Assembly: GCF_021028975.2 (NCBI RefSeq) | Contig: NC_059434.1 | Span: forward strand, 42,904,001 to 42,968,000 | From: Sphaerodactylus townsendi | Lineage: Eukaryota | Length of the DNA: 64,000 bases | Direction: 5' to 3' | Shown: in pieces, positions 51,455-63,787 of the stretch | Numbering within the stretch: position 1 is the first letter of the stretch | How the letters are laid out: each line of letters opens with the position of its first letter | Translations under genes and position numbers: made by a program | Notes under the pieces: generated by a model | Told to the model about the DNA's origin: nothing | What the model saw: the letters and a program-made list of their open reading frames with translations, nothing else | Database searches by the model: none

Positions 51455-52655
51455 CTAAAAGACACAGAAATGAAAGAAGTTAAGATGAACAGGATAACCA
51501 TTGGCAACCTGCAGATGACAGGAACTGTGTAACATTCATTATAACCACAAATGGAAGATGAAGTTTGTATCTACTGTTTCCACTCACCACTCCCCACCAG
51601 CAATGCCTCCGGAAGCTGCAGCATGTCTGCCCATAAACAACCTATTTACAAAGTAGCTGCTTGTTCAATTTCAAAACCAGAACAATTTCCTGTAAGTACA
51701 TCACTAGTCCCCACAAAGTCAGTAGTTGTGAGGAGATATCTAATGAAGCTGATAATGGATATGAAACAAATGGAACACTATATCAAAATTCCTTTCAGGC
51801 AATACTAAGGGAAAAAATTAATCTAAGAGTCTTGGAAACATGTTTTTTACCACTAATGGCTAATTTAACTGCATGGAAAAAAGGTAAGCAAACTGAACTG
51901 CATTCCATTTCTTTTAGAATGGGACTTTCCTTATATTTCTTATGCTTTCCAATATGCCTAATGCTGCTGTATACAGACAGGCTGCTGTATACAGACTGTT
52001 ATTAATTAAATGTAAACAACTACAACAAGTGTAAGTCATAAAACACTGTATATTACGACTATGCCATAGTGTTACGCCAGTCAATACTTGAGACTCAATA
52101 ATTGAGACTTAGGAAAGGTTCAAGAGCTTTACTGAACTGTGTCAGGACTTTAGCTGCAGAAAGCCAGAGCTGGGGGCTCAGGCTTTCTAGCTACCAAATA
52201 TCTCCAGTTTTCTTGCTTCCAGCATTCCCCCCTCCCACCTGTTCCCACAATAGGCAGCATAAGAAAAGGCAGTGTTAAGACAGTATTGTTATGTGCTTCC
52301 AGACTCAAGGACAGCGATAATACTCACTCCAGGCCCCAGGGAGGGGGCGGAGTGGGGGTTGCATATTTCTCTAGTTACAAGCAGCAATTGAAACAAGATG
52401 GCCCATTACCACACAGATACAAGTGCAGGTGTGACCTTGGCACCAGCCCTAGGTTGCCAGGCCATATAGTCTTGGAGGTCCAGGGATGTAATGTTTCACT
52501 TTTCACGGAAAGGTAAGCTTCACTAAAGTGACAGTATGATGCACATGACCCATACCAGTAAATCTAAATGAAGCCTAATGTCAAAAGAAAAAAGATCACT
52601 TGAAGGCCTAGAACAGACACCTGATAAATGTAAAATGTGGGCAAGTTGTTCCTAC

Positions 52656-52881
52656 CCTAGGCTGTATTGATCTGGTTCAATCATGGCTCTTCTCTCAATC
52701 CTTCCCACTCCAAGATTAGATTCCACGATGCTCACTGAGTGCCTCTGTCTCCTTTCATCATGCACTGAAACTGGCATGGAGTCAAATGAAGAATTGCTGA
52801 CAATGCTAGATCTGGAAGAAATTTCACTGTGGCCAGAGTCTGAAAAGTTATCCACTGTTCCACTGGGAGCCAGAGTATAAC
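52656..52881 (-). CDS. RAPGEF2: RAPGEF2 exon ([76 protein letters not shown])
   Basis: Overlaps ORF 52652-52855. Acceptor cacAG|gt, donor gg|GTagg, 226 nt. Confidence 0.96.
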
Positions 52882-55382
52882 CTGTGCAAGGAACAGAGAC
52901 ATTTAAATTAATCTGAAGATTTCCACAATAAAATAAACGACCTCTTCAAAATGGTTACTTCTTTATTTTAATTTCTTATCGTGAGGCCAAAAGGTACAAT
53001 GGATCATAAAAGCATCTACTTTTCAAGACATGGCATTTGAGAGGAAGAAGAAAAATGTTCATTTGATGGAATTTTAAGTGAAGTCCCTTTATATTTGTTG
53101 TTGTTACATCTTCAGCAGTCTTCAGTCAAAATGTCCAAATGGGCTCTATGAAAATGTATCCCAGCTGTCCACAGTGTAGCAATTTGAACCAAGGAAAGAG
53201 TTGTGAGGACAAAGTCACAAGTGATTAAGACAGCAGTCATGGCCATTAAAAAACTACCTCACCATAATAAAAGAAATGGCAGCCTAATAGCTATGGCTGC
53301 ATTCTCTACATAATCATGTGAACATGTGGCCACGGATTGTTCCAGATATATTGGTAGAAGAAATTCGGATGGTGAACTATACCCCTAGCGCTTTGTACCA
53401 GGAAAAATGAAACTACGCAATATAAAATGAATGAATGTGGGGCATTTGACATAAGCTCTAGTAATAATGAATTTACTCACAGAGGAAATGGACAGTGCTG
53501 CCACATGTGACCTACATGAGAAGGCATCTGGTTAAGAAACCAGGGTTTGATGCCTCAAGAAAAAATCAAGACAATCTTACTACTGGCAGAAGATACCTCA
53601 ACTGCTAAACTGAGGTTGTGCCTACAAACCAGAGGGTTCTGTTCCTTCTGACCGTCTTCAATATCTTAAAACATTAACAATGATGAAGGTTTCTTGGAAA
53701 AATATGAATTGGGATGGAAAATTGCCTGATCTCATAAACAAAAGCTAAGATCTTATTTGACATGTTTGCTTTGACATATTTTGTAAACAATTTTTAAAAG
53801 TATTAGGTCCCTATAGTAACAAATGCTTAAACCAAGATTTAAAAAATACATTTTTTACAGTAAAAGAAATTCAGAACAAAAAATTATATTTACTGGAATA
53901 CTTGTAAATGAAATAATATGTATTTGTGCTCTTATTCTCACCCCACCTTGGTTTTTAAATCAATAAAACATAAATATATATAACAACTTTGAAACTGCCA
54001 TACTTACCTGGCTATAGCATTGTTATTTTAAGAAACAATGAATATTTAGAGGCAGAATTTTTTTTAGCAGAAAACAAAGCAGTTTGGAAAATTCCGTGCA
54101 TATCATTGTTGTATATTCAACAATCCATTGACTCAGCAGACTTGGACATAACCACTCTTACAAATACCACACTATTTTCATACCCTACATAGAAACCATT
54201 GTTGTCAGAAATTTAGCCACAGCCAAAGTAATGTGGCTCACATCTCTGGATAATACTTATATTTTCATAAATATCTACCTGCTGATGGTACAGCAGTCTG
54301 AATGCATGAAAAGATTTGCACTACAGGCTTGACTTCAAAGCAAACCACCAATCTACTGACGACTACCTCTTTTACAGTGCAGTCCTAAAAGATGGCTCGT
54401 TTACAGTGTAATCCTAAACAGAGTTATGCTAGTCTAAATCATTTGTTTTTTTTAATGGGTTTAGAAACAATAACTCAGTACAGGATTGTACTGTTAGTGT
54501 AGGTGTTGAGCAATTTCTGCCTTTGCTTTTTCTTTGTCTCTATGTATGAGTCACTGCAGTTTCTTTCAACTCCTTGGAAACACTCTGTACATCCAACTAA
54601 TTCTACATTACAGAAATAATACTCAGTATCTTATACTTTTATCCACTTTATCCATTATGACCAAGGTAGTTTATAAGAATATCTGCATTTTCAGGGCACA
54701 CACATTCACACATGCATAGAAGTGCAGTTCATAAGGTGTTTCCCAAATAACCAGGAATAGCAAACAATTTTATGTTGCTATGTTAACATTCCAACTGAGA
54801 ACCTGCACACCTCTCTCATAACAATGCATGAGTTCTAAATGTGTGCATATGAATAAGTGTGAAAAGTTCTCCCTTTCTCTATTCATTGTACCTGCAAGCA
54901 TCTGTGTATCCATTTTCACCACCATGCCCCAATGACACAAATCAAGACACCACTATTTTTACATTTTCTTTTTCCTGCACAGAAGGAAAACTCAGAGAAG
55001 AAGAGAAAAGCAAGTCATATACTGGCTATCAAATATTTATGCCAGCTAAACAGGACAATAATATTTAAGACCAGTCTATCCAAGTCAAAATATTGTCCAC
55101 CTTTGACAAACTCACAAGAAATCCAATACACTTAGCATGATTTCTCGGGGGCTACAGGTTAGTTTTCTATAAGCCACGAATTCAAAACAGAGGGCCTGAC
55201 ATAAACGTTGCTATCTCCATACAGTCACCTCTTCCGGAAGCTCAGGTAATAATGTCATGGGAAGAAACCACAACAAAACCTATTTTCAAGAGCCTTGTTA
55301 TACTGAATACGCTGTAAAGAACAGTTCCTAAAACGAAGTGGCAACATAAACACTTCTGGGAGAATGAAACTAGAAAACAAGA

Positions 55383-55566
55383 GGGACAATGGTTCAGTGG
55401 TTGAACATCTACTTGGCAAGGAAAAGGTTCCAGGGTCAATCCAATTCAACAGATTAGGTAGTAGATAATGTCAAAGACCTCTACCTGAGTCCCTGGAGAG
55501 CTGCAGCTAGAGTAAATACTGGCTTGGATAACCAATGGTCTGACCGAGTAAAGCACCTTCATGTGT
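55383..55566 (+). mobile_element. tRNA-derived SINE in a RAPGEF2 intron
   Basis: tggttcagtggt A box, gggtcaatcc B box, and aagacctctacctgag..cctggagagctgc body. Confidence 0.7.
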
Positions 55567-55587
55567 GCTCAGAAAATGAACGAATAC

Positions 55588-56032
55588 TACCAGTATTTTG
55601 TTTCCATAAGCCGACCTGTTGTCCAGTGCAACCCAATGTTTCCTAGCATAAATGTATGGACGATTTATAACGATTTACTTTCTCAGTTTGGGAAAGCAAA
55701 GGACTTGCATACTCAGAATGTGATAAAATGTGCTGTCAGGAAATGTCTGGGAATTTTAATCTTTTTTAGGCGAGTTATATATACTGTCTGTGAGAGTTAT
55801 CTATTCCACTTCAGAACTTTTAAAGTTATTGTTGATACCATACTGTTTTTCTTTGAAATAAATATTTAAAAACATTTTATTGGTATCTATTTTTATTTTT
55901 GAAATTTACCAGTAGCTGCTGCATTTCCCACCCTAGACTTATACACGAGTCAATAAGTTTTCCCAGTTTTTTGTGGTAAAATTAGGTGCCTCAACTTATA
56001 TGCGGGTCGACTTATACACAAGTATATATGGT
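55588..56032. mobile_element. Non-autonomous Tc1/mariner-pogo-like element
   Basis: Right end with repeated gacttatac motifs and tatatatggta terminus; degenerate left end tacc...ataagccgacc. Confidence 0.6.
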
Positions 56033-56481
56033 ACCTTCTTATATGACCTGATACAATTAAATATAACAGCTTGCTGAGCGAAATGGAACCTATCATAAAA
56101 CTATTTTATGAGAACAGGGCAATGTTTTCTTCCCGAACAAGCAAACTTCCAATTCATATTTTCTGAAAGTCTTTACACTTCACACTTCTAGGAACAAGTG
56201 AGACATATAATCCCCCCCCCCCCTTGCCCCGGCTCCCCAAAGTAACACTTGATCAATTTACATGTGACTGACTGGCCATAAGTCAGGATATAACACAATT
56301 ATTTGAAGAGAGTTTTTAACTATGATTGTTCAGTTGGACTGAAGATGAAATGTTATACTATAGCTTGACTACAGAACTGGCATCTTAACTTGGTTTAAGT
56401 GACAAACCGTTGTTGATATTGCCATGGACATGCGCGAATGACAGAGGTAGAGAAAACAAATGTTTAAAACGGTTTTTATAC

Positions 56482-56634
56482 CTTTTCTTGGAGAGCCCTG
56501 TGGTGATGTAGGAGGAGAAGATAGTTGTGATGAAGCATTTGAAATTGTGTCCTCTGCTTGCTTCTTAGTACGATCTAAACTTCCCTCTTCAGAAAGTGAA
56601 AGAATTTTCTTTAAAGCTTGTGGGGAGTTTATGC
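56482..56634 (-). CDS. RAPGEF2: RAPGEF2 exon ([51 protein letters not shown])
   Basis: Lies within ORF 56369-56680. Acceptor ttaaAG|gc, donor g|GTata, 153 nt, phase 1/1. Confidence 0.96.
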
Positions 56635-56733
56635 CTTTAAAAAAAGAAAAGAGGGCTTCTTGTAAACATAATGCACACAATACCTTTCCCGCTTTGTGGA
56701 TGATGTGTTTAAAAGAAACAGTTAATTAATTAA

Positions 56734-56945
56734 TTTATTTATTATTTGATTTAGTATACCGCCCTATCCCAAAGGGCTCAGGGCGGTGAACAATATAAAA
56801 ACATATATAAACATAAACATATAAAAGTTTAAAATTTACATTCTAAAACAGTATCCCACAAACCCATATGAAACCCTCCCAAGAAGAATGATGGGTCCCG
56901 ATGATGTTAGGGACCCTATACAGCAGGGGGGAGGATGAAGGCAGA
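56734..56945 (-). mobile_element. L2-like LINE 3' end
   Basis: Reverse of a ccgccctgagccc...gggcggtata-(aaat)n tail. Confidence 0.6.
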
Positions 56946-57179
56946 TAACATCATAGATAACAATCATAGATAACATTGAAATCACTATTATATTTTCAAT
57001 CACACTTTTCCTTGAACTTCAGGGCAGCAAACATAATTTCCTTCCTCTCATTTATACTCATAATTTTGTGAGGTAGGGCAGGTTGTGAATAAGGCTATAC
57101 AAGAAAGCATCTTGACTGTGTAGCAAAGTGTATGGCCCCGAACCCACTACACTGAAAGGCTCATAATTTATTCTAATTT

Positions 57180-57255
57180 ATTATTGGATTGTACTCATTG
57201 ATTGTTGTGACCCGCCCTGAGGGGATAGGGCGGGATATAAATTTGAAATAATTAA
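57180..57255 (+). mobile_element. L2-like LINE 3' tail
   Basis: tgtgacccgccctgag...agggcgggatataaat hairpin and tail. Confidence 0.55.
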
Positions 57256-57924
57256 ATGTATGGATGCTTACATTTGCTTACAGGATGTACCACTATTCTT
57301 ACTTATTTGAAAAACATGACTCCCTGAGTTCTTAGTCATTCAATTATCGATTAAAATATTTATAAGCCAGACTTTCTTCTGAACATGTGTGATATAAAGC
57401 AGTTAACAAAATAAAACCCATTAAAATGAAAAACAAATAGAAAATTACAAATAGCTGATAGGCTTAACAAATAAATAACAGTAATTCAAAATGCCCCTCC
57501 CCAATATCCTGACAAAACTGCAATGCAATAACATGACCTCAAACGCCACTTTGAGCGTTCTCATTAATAGATATTATAAAATACAACAAAGGTGGTGATA
57601 TCTGCCTTTATTCAGATAAAAGACTGTTCTAGAAGGTTGGAAGCACTGGTCATGTCAGATGAGTTGAAAGGCTGCAGAAAGGTACCATGATTCAAGTTGT
57701 TGGGAGTGGCTCCATCTCTCCATAGCAGAGATAAAACATTGAAATGGGTATTAAGATGAGCTTGTCTTGAGAGTACAATCTGGGCTGAAACTTCTTCCTG
57801 AAGTAGGACTTTTAAAATCTCATTTGCAAAGAAGTAAAAGAAGTTGCAATAAGACCAAGTAGCAGTTGGACCTGTCTTGCCATCTGAAATTACAGTCATT
57901 AGGAAGTAACCTACTGGCAGTCCC

Positions 57925-58341
57925 TGGCTCAAAAAGTGCCCGGCTAGCCTCGATCAGGGCTTTTTCAGTCCTGGCCCCAGCTTGGTACTCCCTGTCTGTT
58001 ATGACCAGGACTTAGTACTGTTCCTCAGGGCCTGTAAGATGGAGATGTTCCACCAGGTCTTTGGTTGATGCAGATACAGTTTACTTCCCACTGGCCCTGC
58101 AAAATCCCCTACCTGTTTTTTCTCCTCTTTTCCTTTGTATTATAAAATTTGAATTAGGAAGGGAGTTAGGGATGGAGAGGTTGTTTTAATAAGTCTGCCA
58201 TCACCAGCTGGATGTGATATGTTATAATGGGTTATACTGAATTGTTGATTTGTGTATACATAGAATGGTTTTTAGTTGTTAGTCGCCCTGAGCCCAGTCT
58301 TGGGCTGCGAAAGGGCAGGATATCAAATTTAATAAAATAAA
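57925..58341 (+). mobile_element. L2-like LINE 3' end
   Basis: agggctttttcagtcctggcccc (RAFSVLAP) and gtcgccctgagccc...gggcaggatatcaaat-aataaaataaa tail. Confidence 0.7.
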
Positions 58342-58989
58342 GAAAGGAGTGCTTCTCAGACTAGGCATTAATTTTTACCTAAAAGCCAGATGAGAAACAG
58401 TTCTTACTTATTTGAAAAACGTGAAGGCTACTATCCCAGGTATAGTGACATAACCACTCATCCTTATAGAGATAAGTAGGCTATCTAAGGGAGATAGGAT
58501 AAAAAGTGTGTCAGTCATACCCATGGTGCTGGGATACAGTATGAAGAACTGGCTATACCACTAGATCACAGAGCTTTAGGATGAGTCACATCACCTTCAG
58601 CAAGTCAGAGAACACCAGTACTAAGGAATGGTTCAGCAAGTAGTAGTATGGGAGACAAAATCCTTCTGTTTCTGCTACTCTCTCCGCTTGCTCAGCTCTG
58701 ATGATCAAGCTTTTACTCTCTTCACCTTGCAGAGAGAGATATTAGTCTCTATAGCAAGAAGCTCATGAACCCACGTTGATAGGGCAGAGACTGATCCACC
58801 GTGAAGTGTGTGTTGGAACCGTTTCAGTCACCACCACTCCCAACACTACCAAAGCCCTTTCCTACTGCAGAGCTTGAAGTCTAAAACAGTTTCTTCAGGC
58901 TTGTTCCAGGACTGACAAAAGGACTTCTCACTGAGCAAAAGTGTGGTATTCATTACCAGGGGATATAGAGATGGGCATGAATATTTGTG

Positions 58990-59580
58990 TGTGTTAACTA
59001 CTGCTGACTTATAACGATCTTATGAATTAATGTCCTCCAAAACATCTTTTCATAAACAACCTTGCTCAGGTCTTGCAGACAGAGATGTGGCTTCCTTTAT
59101 TGAGTCAATCTAGACTGAGGGACGTGGCTTCCTCGTATCCTGCTGACTTCAATGTTTGCTAGTATTATTGTCTTTTCCAGTGACTCCTGTCTTCTCATTA
59201 GGTGACCAAAGTACAATACCCTCATATCAATCATTTTAGCTTCAAGGGATAGTTAAGGCTTGATTTGATCTAGAACGGGGGTAGGGAACCTGCGGCTCTC
59301 CAGATGTTCAGGAACTACAATTCCCATCAGCCTCTGTCAGAATGGCCAATTGGCCATGCTGGTAGGGGCTGATGGGAATTGTAGTTCCTGAACATCTGGA
59401 GAGCCGCAGGTTCCCTACCCCTGATCTAGAACCCACTTAGTTGTCTGTTGACAGTCCACAGTATTGATAAAACTCTCTTTCACCACCACATTTCAAAGGA
59501 ACCTACTTTCAGCTTTCTTCATTGTCCAACTTTCACACCCTACATAATAATGGAGAATATTATGGCAAGAGTTAACTTGA
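58990..59580 (-). mobile_element. RTE (BovB-like) LINE 3' fragment interrupted by a MITE
   Basis: Reverse of the FEMWW.KRV / LYFGHLMRRQESLEKTIIL region of RTE ORF. Confidence 0.7.
59276..59423. mobile_element. Palindromic hAT (Charlie/Buster-like) MITE, 148 bp
   Basis: Near-perfect hairpin ggggtagggaacctgcggctctccagatgttcaggaactacaattcccatcagcc and its reverse complement; perfect TSD atctagaa. Confidence 0.92.
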
Positions 59581-59603
59581 ACAGAACCTCATACATAACC
59601 TAC

Positions 59604-59792
59604 CAAAGGGTGGGAGGTCCTTGACTGGTACTTTCTTACGAGAAGGATAAAGAGATACAGCAGGAACCTGCAATGCTTGGTTTGCTTTGTGCTGTTGCTG
59701 CTGCTGTTGCACCTTCTGGTGTATACCTGACCTATGTGCAACTGGAGATGTTTCAGGCTTTCCAGACCGTTTTTCCCCGGGAGTCTTGGGTA
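59604..59792 (-). CDS. RAPGEF2: RAPGEF2 exon ([63 protein letters not shown])
   Basis: Manually translated; this frame is absent from the ORF track. Acceptor ctgaAG|ta, donor g|GTagg, 189 nt, phase 1/1. [24 protein letters not shown] is RAPGEF2 sequence. Confidence 0.95.
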
Positions 59793-61835
59793 CTTCAGCA
59801 AAAGAACAAAAGACAGAAAGATGTTCAACGTATTAAAATTACAGTCAAGACTATTTCTGGAACTCTTGATTATTAATACCAGATTACCCATAAAAGTTGA
59901 ATTATTTCTAAAGACTGCTAATTAAAATTCAGAATTTCTTGGTCTCATCGTTTGGTTATTTTTTCCCCTACAGAATCACAATGTGACCACCTAAAGCAGT
60001 CGATGGGGGGGGGGGGGTCCTCCAAAGCCTTTAAAAATCTTTCTGCTGGAAAAATTGGAAATTTGGGGAGTACTGAACAAGTTCCTCTGAAATACTTTCT
60101 CTTTTAGAAAGAGTATAATGTTTCCAAACACAAGGTGAGAAAGCTCTTAAATCCAAGAGGCATTTCTTCCCCTAGAAAGACAGTTAATCTTCATGAGGGG
60201 AACACACAGAGTTTTCGCTGGTTCTCAGATGCTCCATGCCTTCTGTTGCCCTTTTGACTGGACTCTTCCGTTGTGGTTGATGTTTTCACCTCTGCCTCAA
60301 TCCACTGTGACACATACTTACAGACTGGGTAATAAGTGGCTTATTGCCCTAATTTGATGGAAGAAAAGAAATAAGGAGGTAGGACAGAAACAGCAATAAA
60401 GCCTAAGGAGGAAACTCTGAAAGTTTTATGGAGAACTGAACTCTCTCTAACCAGTAGCTTTGCAAGGAAGAAGAAAGTATCTAGCTAGAACCAAGGTACA
60501 GATGCTAAGGTAGCAAAGGGTTTTCAATTTCAGTTTTTTTTCTCAGGTATTGGATATACTTGCTATTTTGCTTGTAGAAAACTAAGGCATTTAAATTCCA
60601 TAAATATGTTAAATATTGCAATGCTATATGCTAAGCAAGTTATAAATGATGCATTTTATGTTAGAGAAGTAAAATGGGTCTAGTTTTCATGGGACAGTAA
60701 ACAGTGCATATATTTCAATTTTTCGAAAAATTGCTGCTTTTCTTTTCTGGGGAAAAAAAATTTCTTCCATGGGTTCAAAATTTCAAGAAATTTTACATCT
60801 CTACTTTAGGGCCACAAACTACTACACCATAAGCAGTCATACAGCAGTTAGAAATTATTTCTTACAAAATCCAGTCCAAAAAAACTGCACAGTTAAAGGA
60901 TATTAAAATATCGACACAGAGATCAAGAAGCTAAGAGGTCAGGGTACTTATTCTGTTTTAATATGAGGTAGCTGTTAGTTATGAATTTTTTTATTTTTGG
61001 CAAGATATATGGGAATTTGAGGTACTAACTGAATTTGAGGCAGAATTTTTGCAGATAAAGCGAATGTTTCCCCTGCAGTTCAATCCCGCTCCCCCATACA
61101 CCCCAGAAAGAGAACTGGTGTGTGGATTTTGTCTTGCAATGTAAGTGGGAAAATGAGAAAATCATGCCTAAGACAGAAATTATTCTGTCGGTGGAGACAC
61201 TGTGTGGATCTCACAGTGACACCCAAATCCTGAATCCATGTTCATACTATGCCATTTGAATGTGCAAATAAAAGTAATGTGGGACTTAGTCCAGAATTCT
61301 GGAGGGAAAGAAGTCAAAAGCTAAGAACAAAATCCGTGGGGGTGGGGAGTGGATAGATTAGCTTTTGGAATTGAGCTCCAATATCAAACATAACTCAGGA
61401 TGCAGGTGACTAAATAAAGAACCCTTTACTCACATTACAGCATGCAAGATTCATCTCATAGTGCAATTTTTATACAGTATAATTTTATGAAAATCAACTA
61501 TAATAAAACACCTATTCTAGTTACGTTTCTGAAAAGTCCCTCAGTATCTCTACAACAATCTCACCAGATGATAATAATGTCATCATAGAACAAGCTGGAC
61601 AACAGCAATGATTACGCTGGATAATCTTCCTCACTTCAGAAAAACAGAACAGCAATTTAGAAGAAAAAGCAAAAATAAACAGCAGCACTTCAACATGTGC
61701 TATGCTACCTTAAGGATTTCAAAACCAAGGGATGCTGGAGAGCTTCGTTATTACATATAACATAAAAGGGAGACAATGTATTACTGATATTACCACCTGT
61801 AATTCTCTCTTTTTTAAGAAGAGAAAGCTGCTCAC

Positions 61836-62059
61836 GTGTATTGCTGGCTGGTTCACACTGCAGAGACAATGCTTGGAGGCTCTCTTCATCCATTTCCAGG
61901 TCCAAATTAGACAGATACTGCTTGACTTTGCGAGCCATCTGAGCATCTTCATATAATTTTTTGGCATTAAGAAAAGAGCTGCGACGGACCCGCTTTTTGT
62001 GTCCACCTGTTTGTGCAACATCAAGCACTGCTGTGTTTGTACTACCTTGACTTAGAGAC
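61836..62059 (-). CDS. RAPGEF2: RAPGEF2 exon ([74 protein letters not shown]), end of the CDC25/RasGEF region
   Basis: Lies within ORF 61705-62094. Acceptor cccAG|g, donor c|GTgag, 224 nt. Near-identical to human RAPGEF2 as I recall it. Confidence 0.97.
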
Positions 62060-62533
62060 CTGGGACGAAGCAAGAAAAGATGATAAATGTGCAACTTGGT
62101 TTATCACAGCACATTCCAATAAACTTGAAGCATGCAAAGGTCTGCATGATGTCAGTCTATGGTCAAAGCTTACATGCCTCATTCAAGTAAGTCATACAGT
62201 TACAATACAGAGAAAGTTAAGAATCAAGAACACACTTAATTCAGTTGTACTGGTGCACATAAATTCATTAAAATATGTTCCTGTGAGTTATTTCTGTTCC
62301 AAATATGGATTCTACTTCATAACTGAAAAAACAGCCAAGCGAATACTCCCACTGTAGGCTTAATACAAAAAGGGTCAGGGCATTAAAGAAAAGGATCACA
62401 CAACAAAGTTTACCTGATCAATAAAGGTATTAGAAGCATCACTGAAGATAAGCTCCAAAATGCAGTAGATAGGTGCATGTTAAAATATTTCATTCTATTT
62501 GTAATGTACCAAAAAGTCCTTTGAATTTACCTC

Positions 62534-63198
62534 CAGGGGCTTATCTACCTAAAACAAGTCCAGGCACCACGTCACCCCAACTACACCCTGACCCACCCCA
62601 CCCCTCCTGGATGGGGTTCGGTTGATGGCTTGCGAGCAAGGCTCGCCCCTGTTCACAATATTCATGTGGACATTGTGAACTGGGCGAGCTGACTCACCCC
62701 TCCTGTACCCTCTGCACATGGAGCAGCATGGGCCATTTGAGCCTGGCTGGCCCCAGCTACCCTCAGACTGAAGCCGGCTGCTCTGGAGCCTCTAGCTTTA
62801 TACTGTTGGCTCCTCCCTGCAACCTTTATCTCAGGTCAGGTGGAACTTGGGGGACAGAGGGATCAATAGAAACAGGCTTCAGTTTGAGCTCGGCTGAGGC
62901 CAGGCTTGGATCTAGCTCTAAACTGTAGACTGCAGTTTAGAGCTGGGCCTAAGCCTGGCCTAAGCCGGGCTCAAACGGCCCCTTGCTGCTCCCATCTCCA
63001 CGTGGAGATTGGGTGTGGCACATCTGGCCTCAACATGGAGACTAGGAAAGGGCCAAGCCCTGCTCACTGGCCTTCAACTGCACTCCCAAATATGGAGTTT
63101 CTGACTGGGGTGCAGTTGGGATATGGCTGCAAAATGCAGCCCCCAGAAGTGGTGCCTGGGGCTAGAGACCCCTCCTGCCCTCTCTAGATATGCTACTG
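62534..63198. mobile_element. Old non-autonomous hAT-like element (665 bp) in the intron after the microexon
   Basis: Ends caggggcttatcta / tagatatgctactg; flanks tttacctc / attacctc; internal hairpin at 62641-62689. Confidence 0.6.
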
Positions 63199-63763
63199 AT
63201 TACCTCATCCCATTTACTCAGCTAAATAGGATTTCATGTTAAATAAAAAGTACAATTAGTTAATAGGAAAACAGCATGCAAATCTGGATGTATTTATGTA
63301 TGATAGTAATATTGCTTTGAATTTGTTAACAGCATAAAATGGAGGCTGGTTTGTAGAAAGAAAATTTAGTTAGCTGAGCTGTAAAAAGCATCATAGATAA
63401 AATTATACAATACGTGGTGTTAGATGGTCCTATTAATTTACAAAGTAGACACAAATGTATTTATTTTTTAATCTGAACCACCATTCTACGATTCCATTTT
63501 GAATATTATTCTCATTGAGATGGCAGTTCTGGGATTGCTAGATGAAACTGAGGTGTCTCAACACTTGCTTTTCTGTAAAGTTTCACAGCTCTTGGATTGC
63601 TGGCTCAACCAAAAGCAGTACTGAATTAAATCTGACGCAAGAACAAATGGGTTAACAAAAGGGGGAAATGCCAGAGCACCAGAAAATTAAGGGAAGCAAG
63701 AGGAAACAATGCAGATGTCCAGAAAAGAATGCTTGTCTGTATGTTTTCTCTGCAACCACTTAC

Positions 63764-63787
63764 CCCAAGCTTCTCCACTTCTTCTTC
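63764..63787 (-). CDS. RAPGEF2: RAPGEF2 24-nt microexon, (R)KKKWRSL(G)
   Basis: Minus strand reads ctctcacttacAG|g aag aag aag tgg aga agc ttg gg|GTaagt. Phase 2/2, joins in frame to SLSQGS, and matches the RKKKWRSLG segment of vertebrate RAPGEF2. Confidence 0.92.
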
